Notes: a model not told the origin generated them from the letters alone. Numbered from the stretch's first letter, positions 1 through 10,481 are shown. The stretch is 64,000 bases of DNA from Pseudomonadota bacterium (GCA_034190055.1 JAXHTT010000003.1:2721-66720); one strand, 5' to 3'. Numbers and translations are program-made.

Positions 1-1
1 T

Positions 2-187
2 GACTTTCCAGTGAAAGATCATCGGGGAGTTATTAGATTTTTCGCACAGGGTAGCCTAACCAAAGTTTCTTATCGCATTAGCTGTTGCGCGCCTTGGTAT
101 ATACCCAATTGGCTACTGACGCGCCTATTACAAAACGACGTAGAGCAGTGTTTGGATAAGTTAGGAGCACGTTTTGATCCCCGTTGA
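2..187 (+). CDS. 3' end of an upstream gene (partial; start lies left of the window); START/SRPBCC-like C-terminus suspected
   Basis: Frame 2 is open from the window edge to TGA at 185-187 (...APWYIPNWLLTRLLQNDVEQCLDKLGARFDPR*). It is absent from the ORF track because it has no start codon in the window. It overlaps the TTG start of the next gene by 14 nt. The family guess rests only on the short C-terminal pattern. Confidence 0.4.
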   Translation, partial: DFPVKDHRGVIRFFAQGSLTKVSYRISCCAPWYIPNWLLTRLLQNDVEQCLDKLGARFDPR

Positions 188-986
188 ACTAATTTTACTT
201 GGCTTGAGCCCGGTTTTCTTACTATGTGTTTTTGTGGAGTTCAAAAAGGCACGGCAGTTTTATAATGTAAAAGACAGCGTGAACAATGCCTTACTTGCAC
301 TGCTTCATCAGGGCTCTGATGCTTTGGTATTACTACTACTCATGCCTTTGTTTCTTTGGCTGCACCAGTTTTCTGTATTTAACATAGAACTTACGGCAGT
401 ATCGCTTTTTGCTGGTTTTATCCTGCAAGACTTTTTGTACTACTGGTTTCATCGGGCTTCACACAACATACACTGGTTTTGGCTGGCCCATGTGGTGCAT
501 CACAGCTCAACAAAAATGAATTTCACCACGGCGTTTAGACAAAGTGTGTTGTATCCATTCGTGGGCATGTGGCTCTTTTGGGTGCCAATGATACTGATTG
601 GTTTTTCACCCAGCCTGGTCTTTGCCATAGTCGCAATAAATCTTGCTTATCAGTTTTTTGTACATACGCAAACGATTGGTCATTTAGGCTGGGCAGAGCA
701 TATTTTCAACACACCCACTCATCACCGCATTCACCACGCAACCAATAAGCCTTATATTGATAAAAACTACGGTGGGGTGCTTATCATCTGGGATAAGTTA
801 TTCGGCACATTCGTTAAAGAAGATAAAACAATCAGTATCAAGTACGGTATCGTTGGAAAGATGCCTGAGGATAACCCCCTAAGCGCCAACTTCAGTCAAA
901 TAGGTGTGCTTTGTGAACAGCTTCAGCAGGCAAAAGGAATAAAAGCAAAGTTGAAAAGGTTGTTTGGCTATCCTGTTGAAAATTGA
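174..986 (+). CDS. fatty acid hydroxylase / sterol desaturase superfamily membrane protein
   Basis: 270-aa ORF with several hydrophobic segments and the three His boxes typical of the family (HRASHNIH, HVVHH, HHRIHH). The start is TTG at 174. The next in-frame ATG is deep inside the ORF, so the exact start is uncertain. Confidence 0.85.
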   Translation: MIPVELILLGLSPVFLLCVFVEFKKARQFYNVKDSVNNALLALLHQGSDALVLLLLMPLFLWLHQFSVFNIELTAVSLFAGFILQDFLYYWFHRASHNIHWFWLAHVVHHSSTKMNFTTAFRQSVLYPFVGMWLFWVPMILIGFSPSLVFAIVAINLAYQFFVHTQTIGHLGWAEHIFNTPTHHRIHHATNKPYIDKNYGGVLIIWDKLFGTFVKEDKTISIKYGIVGKMPEDNPLSANFSQIGVLCEQLQQAKGIKAKLKRLFGYPVEN

Positions 987-1024
987 TGTGTAGCTTTGTC
1001 TAAAATCTGCTGCCTCCAACAGTT

Positions 1025-1945
1025 TTACCTTGCACCTTGTAAACCACCTGTGTGCAACACAACGATGCGTGAACCGTCCTTAAACTTGCCTTTAGCCAGC
1101 ATATCTTTAACGGCCCAGAAGGTTTTGCCCGAGTAAACTGGCTCTATTTCAAATGCCATAGTGTTATTGAAATTGCTGCAAAAGGTTTGAAGTTCACTTG
1201 GCGCTTTGGCGTAGCCACCAAAATGGTAGCTATGATCAATATGCCAATTTGCCTGGTTAGTTATTGGAAGAAATTGCTCAACCAACCCCTCTAGATAGCC
1301 TTCACCTTTTAGTACACCTATGCCAATGGCTTTGTAATAAGAACGAAAATCAGTAGCCATTGAACTATTACGTTTATTTAATGCATCTACAATTCCCGCC
1401 AATGTAGCGCCGCTTGCGACAGGCGCAACGATAAAGTCAAAGTCTGTCTCAATTTCATCGACCATGTCTTTTATCCCCTGAAGCGCTAGGGCTTGGCTTC
1501 CACCTTCAGGAATGATAATCGCGTTGGGAAACTTTCGCTTTAGTTCATCTAAATAGGCACTATCGTTACGCTTTTTGTAGGTAATTCTGTCTACATATTC
1601 AATGCGAGTCTGCCACTGCATCAAATCTTTAATCATTGGCGATGGTGCTGCACTGTAGTCGCCGCGAATAATGGCGGTAAAGGGAATACTAAGTTTGTAA
1701 CAAGCAAACCCCAACGCATGAAGGTGGTTAGAAAAGCCGCCGCCGAAACTGATGACGTGGTTTGGCAAAGGGCTAGTTAGCGCATGGCTTAGCTTTCGCC
1801 ATTTGTTTCCTGACATCACAGGGTGAATAGCATCGTCACGCTTAACATAAAGCGATACCTTGCTAGCACCCTCCCAGTTCGGTTTGAAAGGGATAAGAGG
1901 CGAAGGAAGAGCGAGTGACGTTTTAAATTCATCAAGGGAAAGCAC
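1025..1945 (-). CDS. PLP-dependent ACC deaminase / D-cysteine desulfhydrase family protein
   Basis: 306-aa ORF. The SGNKWRKL motif (PLP lysine) and the overall pattern (GGxxSNH, HTGG near the C-terminus) match the tryptophan-synthase-beta-like ACC deaminase family. Confidence 0.85.
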   Translation of the reverse strand: MLSLDEFKTSLALPSPLIPFKPNWEGASKVSLYVKRDDAIHPVMSGNKWRKLSHALTSPLPNHVISFGGGFSNHLHALGFACYKLSIPFTAIIRGDYSAAPSPMIKDLMQWQTRIEYVDRITYKKRNDSAYLDELKRKFPNAIIIPEGGSQALALQGIKDMVDEIETDFDFIVAPVASGATLAGIVDALNKRNSSMATDFRSYYKAIGIGVLKGEGYLEGLVEQFLPITNQANWHIDHSYHFGGYAKAPSELQTFCSNFNNTMAFEIEPVYSGKTFWAVKDMLAKGKFKDGSRIVVLHTGGLQGAR

Positions 1946-2146
1946 GATGAGAGCCTAGGGACAGTTGATCAATTGGACATTGGCAAGAGTATAACCAGAT
2001 AGAAATTCAATAAAAGACCTGTAATTTTTATTACGCGTTATAAGAGCATTTTTATGGTTACTAAGAAAAACGGTATTTTACGAAAACCTGAGATTTACTC
2101 CCTATCAGGGTTTCTTCATTACGTAAAAAACGCTAGCGCTTTTTTT

Positions 2147-2710
2147 ATGTCTTACGTTAATAAAATAGCCGCAGCATCCACCTTTGCTATGTTTGTTTCC
2201 ATATCACTGAGCGGTATAACCATGTCAAATAACGCCTCTGCGCAAGAGTATGATTCAGAAAATATTAATGAATATGTTCCCAATGCGAAACTGGTGGGGA
2301 AAGGCATGTTTTCTTACTACTTTTGGGACGTATATACCGGTGAGCTTTTTGCTTCTGAAGGCGAGTACGCTGATCAGCCTCCTTTTGCACTTCGCTTAAC
2401 CTACCAACGGGATCTTGAAGGAAAAAAGATTGCCGAGCGTTCTATTGATGAAATGAAAAAACAAGGAGATATCGCTGCCAATGACGCCGATAAATGGCTG
2501 TCGCTAATGGAGAGTATCTTTCCAGACGTGAGTGAGGGCGATGTAATTACGGGGATCGCAACGAAAGAAGGCACAAGCGTATTTTACGTGAACGGCGAAA
2601 AAGCGGATGAAATAAGCGACAAAACGTTCACGAAGCGCTTTTTTGATATCTGGTTAAGTGACGAAACGTCGGAACCGAAGTTTAGAAAAAAGTTGCTCGG
2701 AAAAGGTTAG
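2147..2710 (+). CDS. chalcone isomerase-like family protein, secreted
   Basis: The ORF is open from 2054, but ATG 2147 gives a classic signal peptide (MSYVNKIAAASTFAMFVSISLSGITMSNNASA/QE) and the usual ~187-aa size. The C-terminal FFDIWLS...FRKKLLG pattern is typical of bacterial chalcone-isomerase-like proteins. Confidence 0.75.
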   Translation: MSYVNKIAAASTFAMFVSISLSGITMSNNASAQEYDSENINEYVPNAKLVGKGMFSYYFWDVYTGELFASEGEYADQPPFALRLTYQRDLEGKKIAERSIDEMKKQGDIAANDADKWLSLMESIFPDVSEGDVITGIATKEGTSVFYVNGEKADEISDKTFTKRFFDIWLSDETSEPKFRKKLLGKG

Positions 2711-2768
2711 CTAAGCAGATTGATTGATACACAGCCACGTTAGGTTTTAGTTGAACAGGATAAGTTAA

Positions 2769-3329
2769 ATGATAAAAAATATGATGAAGTTATGTTTAGG
2801 GTTAGGTTTTGCGGCACTGTCTGTGGCAGGACTATCTGGATGTTCTGTGTCAGTCGATGGTGAAGATTATCAGGCGGTGTCTCCAACGTTTGATATTGAG
2901 CAGTTTTTTGATGGAAACGTTAAAGCGTGGGGCATAGTACAAAATCGCTCGGGCGAAGTAGTACAAAGATTTGTGGTAAACATTGATGGCTCCATAGAAG
3001 GCAATACCCTTACACTTGATGAAACCTTTGAATATGGGGTTGGCGAAGGTCCAAAATCGCGAACGTGGAATATCGTAAAGCAGAGCGATGGCACCTTTGT
3101 AGGCAAAGCGAGTGATATCGAGGGGCCTGCGAAAGGCACCAGCTATGGCAATGCATTCAATTTTCACTATGAGATGGATTTACCGGTAGACGACACAACC
3201 TATTCAGTAACGTTTGATGATTGGTTTTGGGCTTTTGATGATAGTGCTATGATGAACCGTTCGTACATTCGCAAGTTCGGCATTGTGATGGCAGAAGTCA
3301 CTATTTTTATGCAGAAGCAAAGTAATTGA
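2769..3329 (+). CDS. DUF3833-family lipoprotein
   Basis: 186-aa ORF with AGGA 6 nt upstream of the ATG. It has a lipobox (LSGC) and a FFDGxxxAWGxxQxRSGEVxxRF pattern remembered from DUF3833. Confidence 0.8.
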   Translation: MIKNMMKLCLGLGFAALSVAGLSGCSVSVDGEDYQAVSPTFDIEQFFDGNVKAWGIVQNRSGEVVQRFVVNIDGSIEGNTLTLDETFEYGVGEGPKSRTWNIVKQSDGTFVGKASDIEGPAKGTSYGNAFNFHYEMDLPVDDTTYSVTFDDWFWAFDDSAMMNRSYIRKFGIVMAEVTIFMQKQSN

Positions 3330-3473
3330 TAATTCACAGATATAGATACGAAAAGTTCGCTGACCTATATAGCATTTATAGGTCAGCATCCGAAAAAGTG
3401 TGGAAATCTAGCTAGTACAATTTAACCCACCTGTTCTCTAGACAGTGCCTGATATTTGCTGGTTCTAATCAGA

Positions 3474-4874
3474 CTAACGAGGAAAACAGAAAACAACGCC
3501 AAGCCCGTGTCCTTGCATAAGTGGGTCGTGTACAAACCAAGTTTGCCCATCATGTAGCTTCACTATTGCCGATACTAGTGATAAGCCTAACCCATTTCCC
3601 GTGCTCGTTCTGCTGCCATCAGCGCGGTAAAAACGACGCTCTAAATTTAAAATTTCGTGCTCGCCAACACCTATCCCTGCATCATTAACGGCAATAACAA
3701 TATGTCGCGATGTGGTAGTTAGCTGCACAGTAACCATACTATCTTCATTCGAATATTTGATAGCATTGTCTAATACGTTGGCTACGGCTTGGAAAAGTAA
3801 GTTAGGGTCGGCAAGCATAGTCACACTTTCGAGCTGACTGGACAGCTGAATGTTGCGCTCCTCGGCAAGGGGGTGGTAGAGGTCGACCACATCTTCAACA
3901 ATAGCTCTGGCATCGGTACTACAGAAACCCTCTTTCTTATTCGTAGTCTCAAGTCCACTTATGCGCAATAAACTATTAAACATATTAAGCAGGTTATCTG
4001 CTTCTTGCGTGGTGTCTTCTCGAAGCTGTTCGTCTTCGATTCTTTCTAATGTGTTACGAAGTCTTGAAAGCGGTGTGCGTAGGTCGTGAGCAATACTGTC
4101 TGTGACTGACTTAATGTTATTAACCGAGCTTTCAATGGTGTCCAACATTTGATTGAAAACGAAAGAAAGGCTGCTGAGATCATCCCAATTGCTATCAATT
4201 TCTAGCCGCTCTTGAAGACTACCTGTCTTTATTATTTTGTCGGCGGTTTGAGACATGCGGTTAATTCGATTAACAACATACACGGCAATAGCAAAGCTCA
4301 AGATACTTAACGCACAAAGCAGTACAACAATGATCCAGCTAAAGGTTTTGCCAAACCACTGTGCGCTATACAAGTCGTCGATACCACGCCCAACATAAAG
4401 GGTATAATCCCCTAATACATCTTCTCTCATTAACGCTTGGCGCAAAGTTTTTCTTGATGAGCTATCAGGCCTAGTAATAACAATTTCCGCAGTATCAAAG
4501 CTGGCCCCCCTGTGCCGCTCTAATACGAGTGGAATAGATGCTAAGTTCCCGGCCACAACTTGCTCATCTTTACTCAGTACCACAAACGACCGCTGATAAT
4601 TGAATGAAGGAGGGGGGGCTTTTTCGCTAGAAGGAGGTTGGTTGTTGTCGCTTATAATGGCCGACTTAACAGCATCAATACCTAGGTTTTCATAAAGCGT
4701 TACAAGCGCGTTAGCTTTGGCATTAACGGCAGCATTAGACTCGGAGATAAACAAGTCGCTGCTCGTTAATCGCCAAAAATAGACAATTAGAACAATGGCA
4801 ATACAAGCAAGAGTAGTGAGCAATACGCCTACGCGAAAACTAGAACTACGCGTAAAGTCGCGTATTGCTTTCAT
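3474..4874 (-). CDS. sensor histidine kinase (TM-periplasmic-TM-HAMP-HisKA-HATPase_c)
   Basis: 466 aa with two TM segments, the H box HDLRTPLS, the N box NVLDNAIKYS and the G boxes DAGIG / GNGLGL. Its start overlaps the upstream regulator stop (ATGA). Confidence 0.92.
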   Translation of the reverse strand: MKAIRDFTRSSSFRVGVLLTTLACIAIVLIVYFWRLTSSDLFISESNAAVNAKANALVTLYENLGIDAVKSAIISDNNQPPSSEKAPPPSFNYQRSFVVLSKDEQVVAGNLASIPLVLERHRGASFDTAEIVITRPDSSSRKTLRQALMREDVLGDYTLYVGRGIDDLYSAQWFGKTFSWIIVVLLCALSILSFAIAVYVVNRINRMSQTADKIIKTGSLQERLEIDSNWDDLSSLSFVFNQMLDTIESSVNNIKSVTDSIAHDLRTPLSRLRNTLERIEDEQLREDTTQEADNLLNMFNSLLRISGLETTNKKEGFCSTDARAIVEDVVDLYHPLAEERNIQLSSQLESVTMLADPNLLFQAVANVLDNAIKYSNEDSMVTVQLTTTSRHIVIAVNDAGIGVGEHEILNLERRFYRADGSRTSTGNGLGLSLVSAIVKLHDGQTWFVHDPLMQGHGLGVVFCFPR

Positions 4875-5551
4875 GCAAGCTCGTCCGCTATGCGGTAGCC
4901 CGTGCCTCTTACCGTTTCAATAAGTGGCACATTAAACGCTTTATCCACTTTCTGACGCAGGCGGCTAATGTGAACATCAATCACGTTTGTCTGAGGATCA
5001 AAATGATAATTCCAAACCTGTTCAAGCAACATACTTCGCGTCACAACTTTACCTTTATGACGAAGCAGACATTCAAGCAGTTGAAACTCCTTTGATTGAA
5101 GGTCAATTTCTTGATCGCCACGCAATACCTTGCGATTAACTAAGTCTAGCGTCAGATCGCCAACTTTAATCAAGGTTTTGTCTTCGCTTTCTTTATTGCG
5201 ACCAGCCAAACCTTCAACGCGAGCAAGCAGTTCTTCAAAGGCGAAAGGTTTGGTTAAGTAATCGTTAGCGCCGGTACGAAGGCCTTTGACCTTATCTTCA
5301 ACTTGGCTTTTGGCACTTAGCAATAAAACCGGAGTCGTGTTCCCTTCCTCGCGAAGCTTCTCAAGCACAGAGAAACCGTCGAGTTCGGGTAACATTACGT
5401 CGAGAATTACCGCGTCTAATTCGTTACTAGCGGCTTGTTGGTAGCCTGACGTTCCATCACCTACAGTAATACATTCATGCCCTTCACCCAATAGTCCATT
5501 TGCAATGTGCGAGGCAACCTTTGGATCATCTTCTACAAGTAGCACTTTCAT
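4871..5551 (-). CDS. OmpR/PhoB-family response regulator
   Basis: 226 aa with a receiver domain (MKVLLVEDD, LDVMLP, KPF) plus a winged-helix C-terminus (RSMLLEQVW...VDVHISRLRQKV...TVRGTGY). Confidence 0.93.
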   Translation of the reverse strand: MKVLLVEDDPKVASHIANGLLGEGHECITVGDGTSGYQQAASNELDAVILDVMLPELDGFSVLEKLREEGNTTPVLLLSAKSQVEDKVKGLRTGANDYLTKPFAFEELLARVEGLAGRNKESEDKTLIKVGDLTLDLVNRKVLRGDQEIDLQSKEFQLLECLLRHKGKVVTRSMLLEQVWNYHFDPQTNVIDVHISRLRQKVDKAFNVPLIETVRGTGYRIADELA

Positions 5552-5815
5552 TATTACGACTCTTTTGTTTATCTACATTCATGCACTTGTTCGGCGTTGC
5601 TGGTATCTGATTTCGGTGTTTAATAAGCAGCAAGCGAGAACAAGCAGTCGAAAAGCGGTTTTGCTTTGCTTCTTTTACGAGCGATATGGCTTGAAACGAT
5701 CACTTTTACGCTTTTTCGCATTTAGCTAAACTTTGTCCTCATATGTAGAGCTCTTGCTCACTTTAAACGTCAGGTTAATGTGATAGGGAAGATGCTATTT
5801 ATTTGCTTATTTAGC

Positions 5816-7549
5816 CTATCCACCTTTGTCAAAGCGCATGCTCGGGTTATAAGGGGTAAAATGCTGCACATCTCCACGGGCACATTTCTTTTGTACTTCA
5901 TGCCAGTACTCAGATGTCATCAAATCGCCGTGCAATGACTTAAGTATATCTTTGAACTTTCGCTTACCGACGATGAAGTGCTCGAATTGTTCGGGGAATA
6001 CGTCGTTGGGCGCTACTGAAAGCGTATCAATAGCATAGGGGTCATCGGATTTTGGTAACTCCCTAAAGTTGCGCTCGTTCATTAAACAAATTTCATCATA
6101 GTCATAGAAGATCACGCGGCCATGACGAGTAATACCGAAATTTTTGTGCAGCATATCGCCGGGAAAGATATTTGCCATGGCGATTTGCTTAATACATAGA
6201 CCAAGCTCATCAAGCGCACGCGTTATTTTTTCTTCGTCGGTTTCTTCTTGAAGATATATATTTAGCGGCGTCATTTTACGCTCAATATACATGTGCTTGA
6301 TGATAAGTTCTGTCTCAGTAAATTCTAAACTCGATGCACAAGTCTCTTTTAGTTCTTCAATAAGCTCAGGTTCAATTCTATCTAACGGGAATCTGAAATT
6401 AACGTATTCATGGGTGTCGGCCATTCGGCCGACACGATCTGACATTTTAACTAACTTGTAGCACTCTTTTACGTGCTCACGCGTGATTTTCTTACTTTCA
6501 GCAAACTCGTCTTTAATGATTTTAAATACCACCCCATAGGAAGGTAGGTGGAAAACCATCATTACTAGGCCGCGAATGCCTGGCGCGGCTTCGAATTTGT
6601 CACTCGATTCGTCCATATGCTGTAAGAAATTCCGATAAAACACCGTTTTGCCGTGTTTGTAATGTCCCATCGACATATATAACTCAAAGTGTTTTTTATT
6701 CGGCAATAACTCTTGTAAAAAAGCGGCAACTTCGGCCGGGTTTTGGGTGTCAGCCATAAAATAGCTACGGGCAAAACCAAAAATGACGCTTAGATCTTTG
6801 CGGTCGGTCAGAAGGGCATCAACAAACATATGTGGCTCGTTGTATCTTCGCATGGCGATGACAAACGGCAGGGTTTCGTCAGGCATACAAATGCGACCAA
6901 TCAAATAAGCCGCTTTACCCCGAAAAAAAGTAGGCTTAAGAATTTCAACGGCTTGTACACTGGCTAGTTGCTCTTTGTTTAATCGTGCGCGCAAGGCCGT
7001 CTCGAGGTTTTGTAAGTCCCGTTCAAAGTTTTCAAACGGAATATTGTATCGATAAATTTTGAATATCGACTCGTACATCTCACGTACTGTAGTGGTGGTG
7101 TCAAAGCTGTTGACTACTTTGTCTCTGTCTTGCCCAGGCAAAAAGCAGCGGCTAGGCAGAACAAACATCATGTCGTTGTCTATTTTTCTGTGCTTAAACA
7201 AGCGGCCAATCACTGAGTTATAAAAGGTTTCGGCCAATTCAAACTGCGGGTGGCCTTCAAGCTGTAGCGCAAACACTTTTTTAAGCTCTTGCCAGAAAGC
7301 ATCATCTTTTTGGTGGACCTGAGTAAGCTGATAAATTTCGGCAACAGCATCTGAAAGGCTTTGCTCATAAATGGTAATGCGCTCTTTAGAAGCTAGCTGA
7401 GTTTCTTTCCAATTACCCTTTTCAAATCTTTCTTGAGCGCCCCGTGTAATTCGGGTGAACCACCGGTAACTCTTATCGAAATGAGACAGAATCTGATAGG
7501 CAACTTTTCTCACCAAGTTTTTGTCCTGGCTTGCAGCTAACTCTTGCAT
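5816..7549 (-). CDS. aceK: isocitrate dehydrogenase kinase/phosphatase
   Basis: 577 aa, collinear with E. coli AceK as remembered (FGFARSYFM, APGIRGLVM, DRVGRMADT, IFPGDML.KNFG.TRHGRV.FYDYDE). Confidence 0.95.
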   Translation of the reverse strand: MQELAASQDKNLVRKVAYQILSHFDKSYRWFTRITRGAQERFEKGNWKETQLASKERITIYEQSLSDAVAEIYQLTQVHQKDDAFWQELKKVFALQLEGHPQFELAETFYNSVIGRLFKHRKIDNDMMFVLPSRCFLPGQDRDKVVNSFDTTTTVREMYESIFKIYRYNIPFENFERDLQNLETALRARLNKEQLASVQAVEILKPTFFRGKAAYLIGRICMPDETLPFVIAMRRYNEPHMFVDALLTDRKDLSVIFGFARSYFMADTQNPAEVAAFLQELLPNKKHFELYMSMGHYKHGKTVFYRNFLQHMDESSDKFEAAPGIRGLVMMVFHLPSYGVVFKIIKDEFAESKKITREHVKECYKLVKMSDRVGRMADTHEYVNFRFPLDRIEPELIEELKETCASSLEFTETELIIKHMYIERKMTPLNIYLQEETDEEKITRALDELGLCIKQIAMANIFPGDMLHKNFGITRHGRVIFYDYDEICLMNERNFRELPKSDDPYAIDTLSVAPNDVFPEQFEHFIVGKRKFKDILKSLHGDLMTSEYWHEVQKKCARGDVQHFTPYNPSMRFDKGG

Positions 7550-7728
7550 AGGGATGTTTTCCTTTTATGTTACGCCTTATATCTACCACAAAACATGCTA
7601 TTAAGAGAGGGGAGTTTGGTGTAGTTATCGAGTAAGTAGCCAATAATTCTATGTTTTTATTATTTTCTTATACTTTCGTTTAATGTATTCTAGTGGTTGA
7701 TTAGTAACCAATTATAAGATTGTAGTTG

Positions 7729-8127
7729 ATGGGTTTTAATATTCTAATTTGTGACGATTCAGCGCTTGCACGGAAAATGGCTAGAAGTAACTTGCCTAGT
7801 GGGTTCGCTGAAGCTATTTATGAAGTGTCAAATGGTATGGACGCTCTAGAAGTATTATCACATCATACTATTGACCTTGTATTATTAGATTTAACAATGC
7901 CTGTGCTGGGCGGTCTCAGCGTGTTGAGCGAAATTAAACGCCGCAAACTTGAGACTTTTGTCATTGTTATTTCAGGTGATATTCAGCCATTGATGCAAGA
8001 GAAAGTGATGTCATTAGGCGCATTAGGTTTTATTGAAAAGCCAATTAAGCGCGACGAACTTACGTCGGTTCTACAACGCTTTGGTTTCATTCTTCCCGAT
8101 ACTTACCAAGCGCCAATTGCGGTTTAA
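7729..8127 (+). CDS. single-domain CheY-like response regulator
   Basis: Receiver-domain residues are present (CDDS, LLDLTMP, VISGD, EKP) and there is no output domain. The track ORF starts at TTG 7726; the ATG at 7729 is more likely. Confidence 0.85.
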   Translation: MGFNILICDDSALARKMARSNLPSGFAEAIYEVSNGMDALEVLSHHTIDLVLLDLTMPVLGGLSVLSEIKRRKLETFVIVISGDIQPLMQEKVMSLGALGFIEKPIKRDELTSVLQRFGFILPDTYQAPIAV

Positions 8128-8141
8128 GAATTTAAAAAATG

Positions 8142-8171
8142 AAAAGGGCGAGCCATAGGCTCGCCCTTTTT
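8142..8171. terminator. bidirectional rho-independent terminator between the CheY-like gene and acr3
   Basis: AAAA-GGGCGAGCC-ATA-GGCTCGCCC-TTTTT: a 9-bp GC-rich stem with an A-run on one side and a T-run on the other. Confidence 0.75.
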
Positions 8172-8213
8172 GTGCTTCCGCGATTTCACCGCATCAAACC
8201 GTTATAACACTGC

Positions 8214-9242
8214 TTAGTCAAACCAGTGGCGAGTTTTGTTGGCGAACCACACTAGCGAAAGCATAACGGGCACTTCAACTAGTACGCCAACGACTGTGGC
8301 AAGTGCTGCGCCGCTGTGTAGGCCGAATAGTGAAATAGCTACGGCTACCGCCAACTCGAAAAAGTTCGATGTACCAATCATACATGCCGGTGCAGCTACA
8401 TTGTGCGGCAGCTTCATACGCTTTGCGGCAAAGTAGGCAATAGCAAAAATACCGTAAGTTTGTATCAGCAGGGGGATCGCAATAAGCACGATATCCTGGG
8501 GCTGTGATAATATAGTTTCTGCTTGAAGGCCAAACAAAATAACAATAGTGAGCAGCAAGCCAATTACTGAAAAGGGTTTGAACTTACTAACTAATGCATC
8601 AACAGCGCCATTTTCTTGCGTGTTATTGCCTTTATTTTCCAAGCGACGACGCGTGATATAACCCGCTACCAGCGGCAATACTACATAGAGCGCTACAGAC
8701 AGTAGCAGCGTGTCCCAAGGAACCGTGATATCTGTTACACCCAACAGCATGGCGGTAAGCGGGGCAAAGGCAACGACCATAATAAGGTCGTTAATTGATA
8801 CCTGAACTAGGGTGTAGTTAGCATCTCCTTTAGTAAGGTGGCTCCAAACAAAAACCATGGCAGTACAAGGAGCGACGCCAAGTAAGATCATACCTGCAAT
8901 GTATTCAGTGGCGGTTTGCGGGTCTACCCAGTCGGCAAAGATGCCTTTAAAGAATAGCCAACCCAATAATGCCATAGTGAAAGGCTTGATAAGCCAGTTA
9001 ACCACAAGGGTTAGCACCAGGCCCTTTGGCTTTTTACCCACATCTTTAATAGAGCCAAAGTCTATTTGTACCATCATTGGGTAAATCATTAGCCAAATGA
9101 GTACTGCCACTACTAGGTTTACATGGGCATATTCAAGTGCCGCAATAGACTCGAATAGGCCTGGCATAGCGTAGCCCAAGCCAACCCCAGCAATAATGCA
9201 AAGGCCAACCCACACTGATAAATAACGTTCAAAGAACCCCAT
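8214..9242 (-). CDS. acr3: arsenite efflux transporter, ACR3 family
   Basis: 342 aa and about 10 TM segments. The N-terminus [16 protein letters not shown] and the conserved Cys-containing GVAPCTAMV segment are typical of ACR3. Confidence 0.93.
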   Translation of the reverse strand: MGFFERYLSVWVGLCIIAGVGLGYAMPGLFESIAALEYAHVNLVVAVLIWLMIYPMMVQIDFGSIKDVGKKPKGLVLTLVVNWLIKPFTMALLGWLFFKGIFADWVDPQTATEYIAGMILLGVAPCTAMVFVWSHLTKGDANYTLVQVSINDLIMVVAFAPLTAMLLGVTDITVPWDTLLLSVALYVVLPLVAGYITRRRLENKGNNTQENGAVDALVSKFKPFSVIGLLLTIVILFGLQAETILSQPQDIVLIAIPLLIQTYGIFAIAYFAAKRMKLPHNVAAPACMIGTSNFFELAVAVAISLFGLHSGAALATVVGVLVEVPVMLSLVWFANKTRHWFD

Positions 9243-9264
9243 TCTGATTCACCTTTATCTTATT

Positions 9265-9996
9265 TTACAACGATTTTTGGTTAACACGCTTACTCACTTC
9301 TTCTGCGCTTTCAACGCGCTCAGAATAGCGATCAACTAAGAAGTCTTTGTTGTCGCGGGTAAGCAATGTGAATTTCACCAGTTCTTCAACTACATCTACA
9401 ATGCGGTTGTAGTATGGTGACGGCTTCATACGACCATTGTCTTCAAATTCTAGAAAGGCTTTTGCAACAGAAGACTGATTAGGGATGGTTAGCATGCGCA
9501 TCCAGCGGCCTAAAATACGCATTTGGTTTACCGCATTGAACGACTGTGAGCCGCCGGAAACCTGCATAATAGCCAGCGTTTTTCCTTGAGTAGGACGCAC
9601 GCCACCAAGGCTAAGCGGTACCCAGTCGATCATACTTTTCATGATGCCGGTGATGCTGCCGTGACGCTCAGGTGAACACCAAATTTGACCTTCAGACCAC
9701 ATCATAAGCTCGCGTAGCTCCTTAACTTTCGGATGTGAATCATCTTCAGTATCTGGCTGCGGCAAACCGCGAGGGTCAAAAATTTTGGCCTCTGCGCCAA
9801 AGTATTCAAGCAAACGCGCTGACTCTTCTATAACTAGACGGCTGTAAGAGCGCTCTCTAAGCGAACCGTAAAGTAACAAAATGCGCGGCTTGTGATCTGA
9901 AAACCTTGATGCAAAGTTAGCCATAATCGGCTTGTGCATTTGCTCCATTACTGCGTTATCAGAGGGGCTTTCAGCTGTTGATATTTTCTGTTCCAT
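9265..9996 (-). CDS. arsH: arsenical resistance protein ArsH (NADPH-dependent FMN reductase)
   Basis: 243 aa with [15 protein letters not shown] and other ArsH-type motifs. It sits between arsC and acr3. Confidence 0.93.
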   Translation of the reverse strand: MEQKISTAESPSDNAVMEQMHKPIMANFASRFSDHKPRILLLYGSLRERSYSRLVIEESARLLEYFGAEAKIFDPRGLPQPDTEDDSHPKVKELRELMMWSEGQIWCSPERHGSITGIMKSMIDWVPLSLGGVRPTQGKTLAIMQVSGGSQSFNAVNQMRILGRWMRMLTIPNQSSVAKAFLEFEDNGRMKPSPYYNRIVDVVEELVKFTLLTRDNKDFLVDRYSERVESAEEVSKRVNQKSL

Positions 9997-10013
9997 TGCT
10001 TTACCTTTACTCT

Positions 10014-10481
10014 TTACTGGGCGCCTAGTTTTGATAGCGCCTCTTTAAGCGCTGTTTTATCTAAGTTTTTCTCAGCAAGCTCTGCTAATGCCGCCACACG
10101 CTTTTCAATGATATCGATGGTGTTGTTGAATGCTTCGGCTTTTTCTTGTTCGCTACCTTCTAACTTAGATGGGTCTTCTAAGCCCCAGTGCACCTTAAGT
10201 GATTTGCCGAAATAAACAGGGCATGATTCACCCGCCGCTGAATCACACACGGTGACGACAAGATCAGCGTCATAATCTTCAAATTCATCCCACGACTGGC
10301 TTTGAAGTCCGTTTGTATCAAATCCGCGCTCTGCAAGGTATTTAATAGAAAGAGGGTGTACTTCACCGACAGGCTGGCTGCCAGCACTGCGCGCTTCTAC
10401 ATTACCGTTAGAAGCGTTAGTGATGGCCTCGCAAAGAATACTGCGGCAACGGTTGTGCGTACAAATGTATAAAATCTTCAT
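10014..10481 (-). CDS. arsC: arsenate reductase, LMW-PTPase / thioredoxin-coupled type
   Basis: 155 aa with the CX5R P-loop (ICTHNRCRS) and the downstream Cys pair ([10 protein letters not shown]). Confidence 0.93.
   Translation of the reverse strand: MKILYICTHNRCRSILCEAITNASNGNVEARSAGSQPVGEVHPLSIKYLAERGFDTNGLQSQSWDEFEDYDADLVVTVCDSAAGESCPVYFGKSLKVHWGLEDPSKLEGSEQEKAEAFNNTIDIIEKRVAALAELAEKNLDKTALKEALSKLGAQ

Noticed and set aside
2054-2146. N-terminal 31-codon extension of the chalcone-isomerase-like ORF; similar 5' extensions occur at 11019 (arsR), 14192, 16925, 16962, 22914, 35821, 36518, 45789, 47195, 47929, 52747 and 54289
   Set aside because: In each case an internal start gives a better SD, a proper signal peptide or alignment with the conserved N-terminus of the family. 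The extension overlaps a neighbouring gene, a terminator or an operator.
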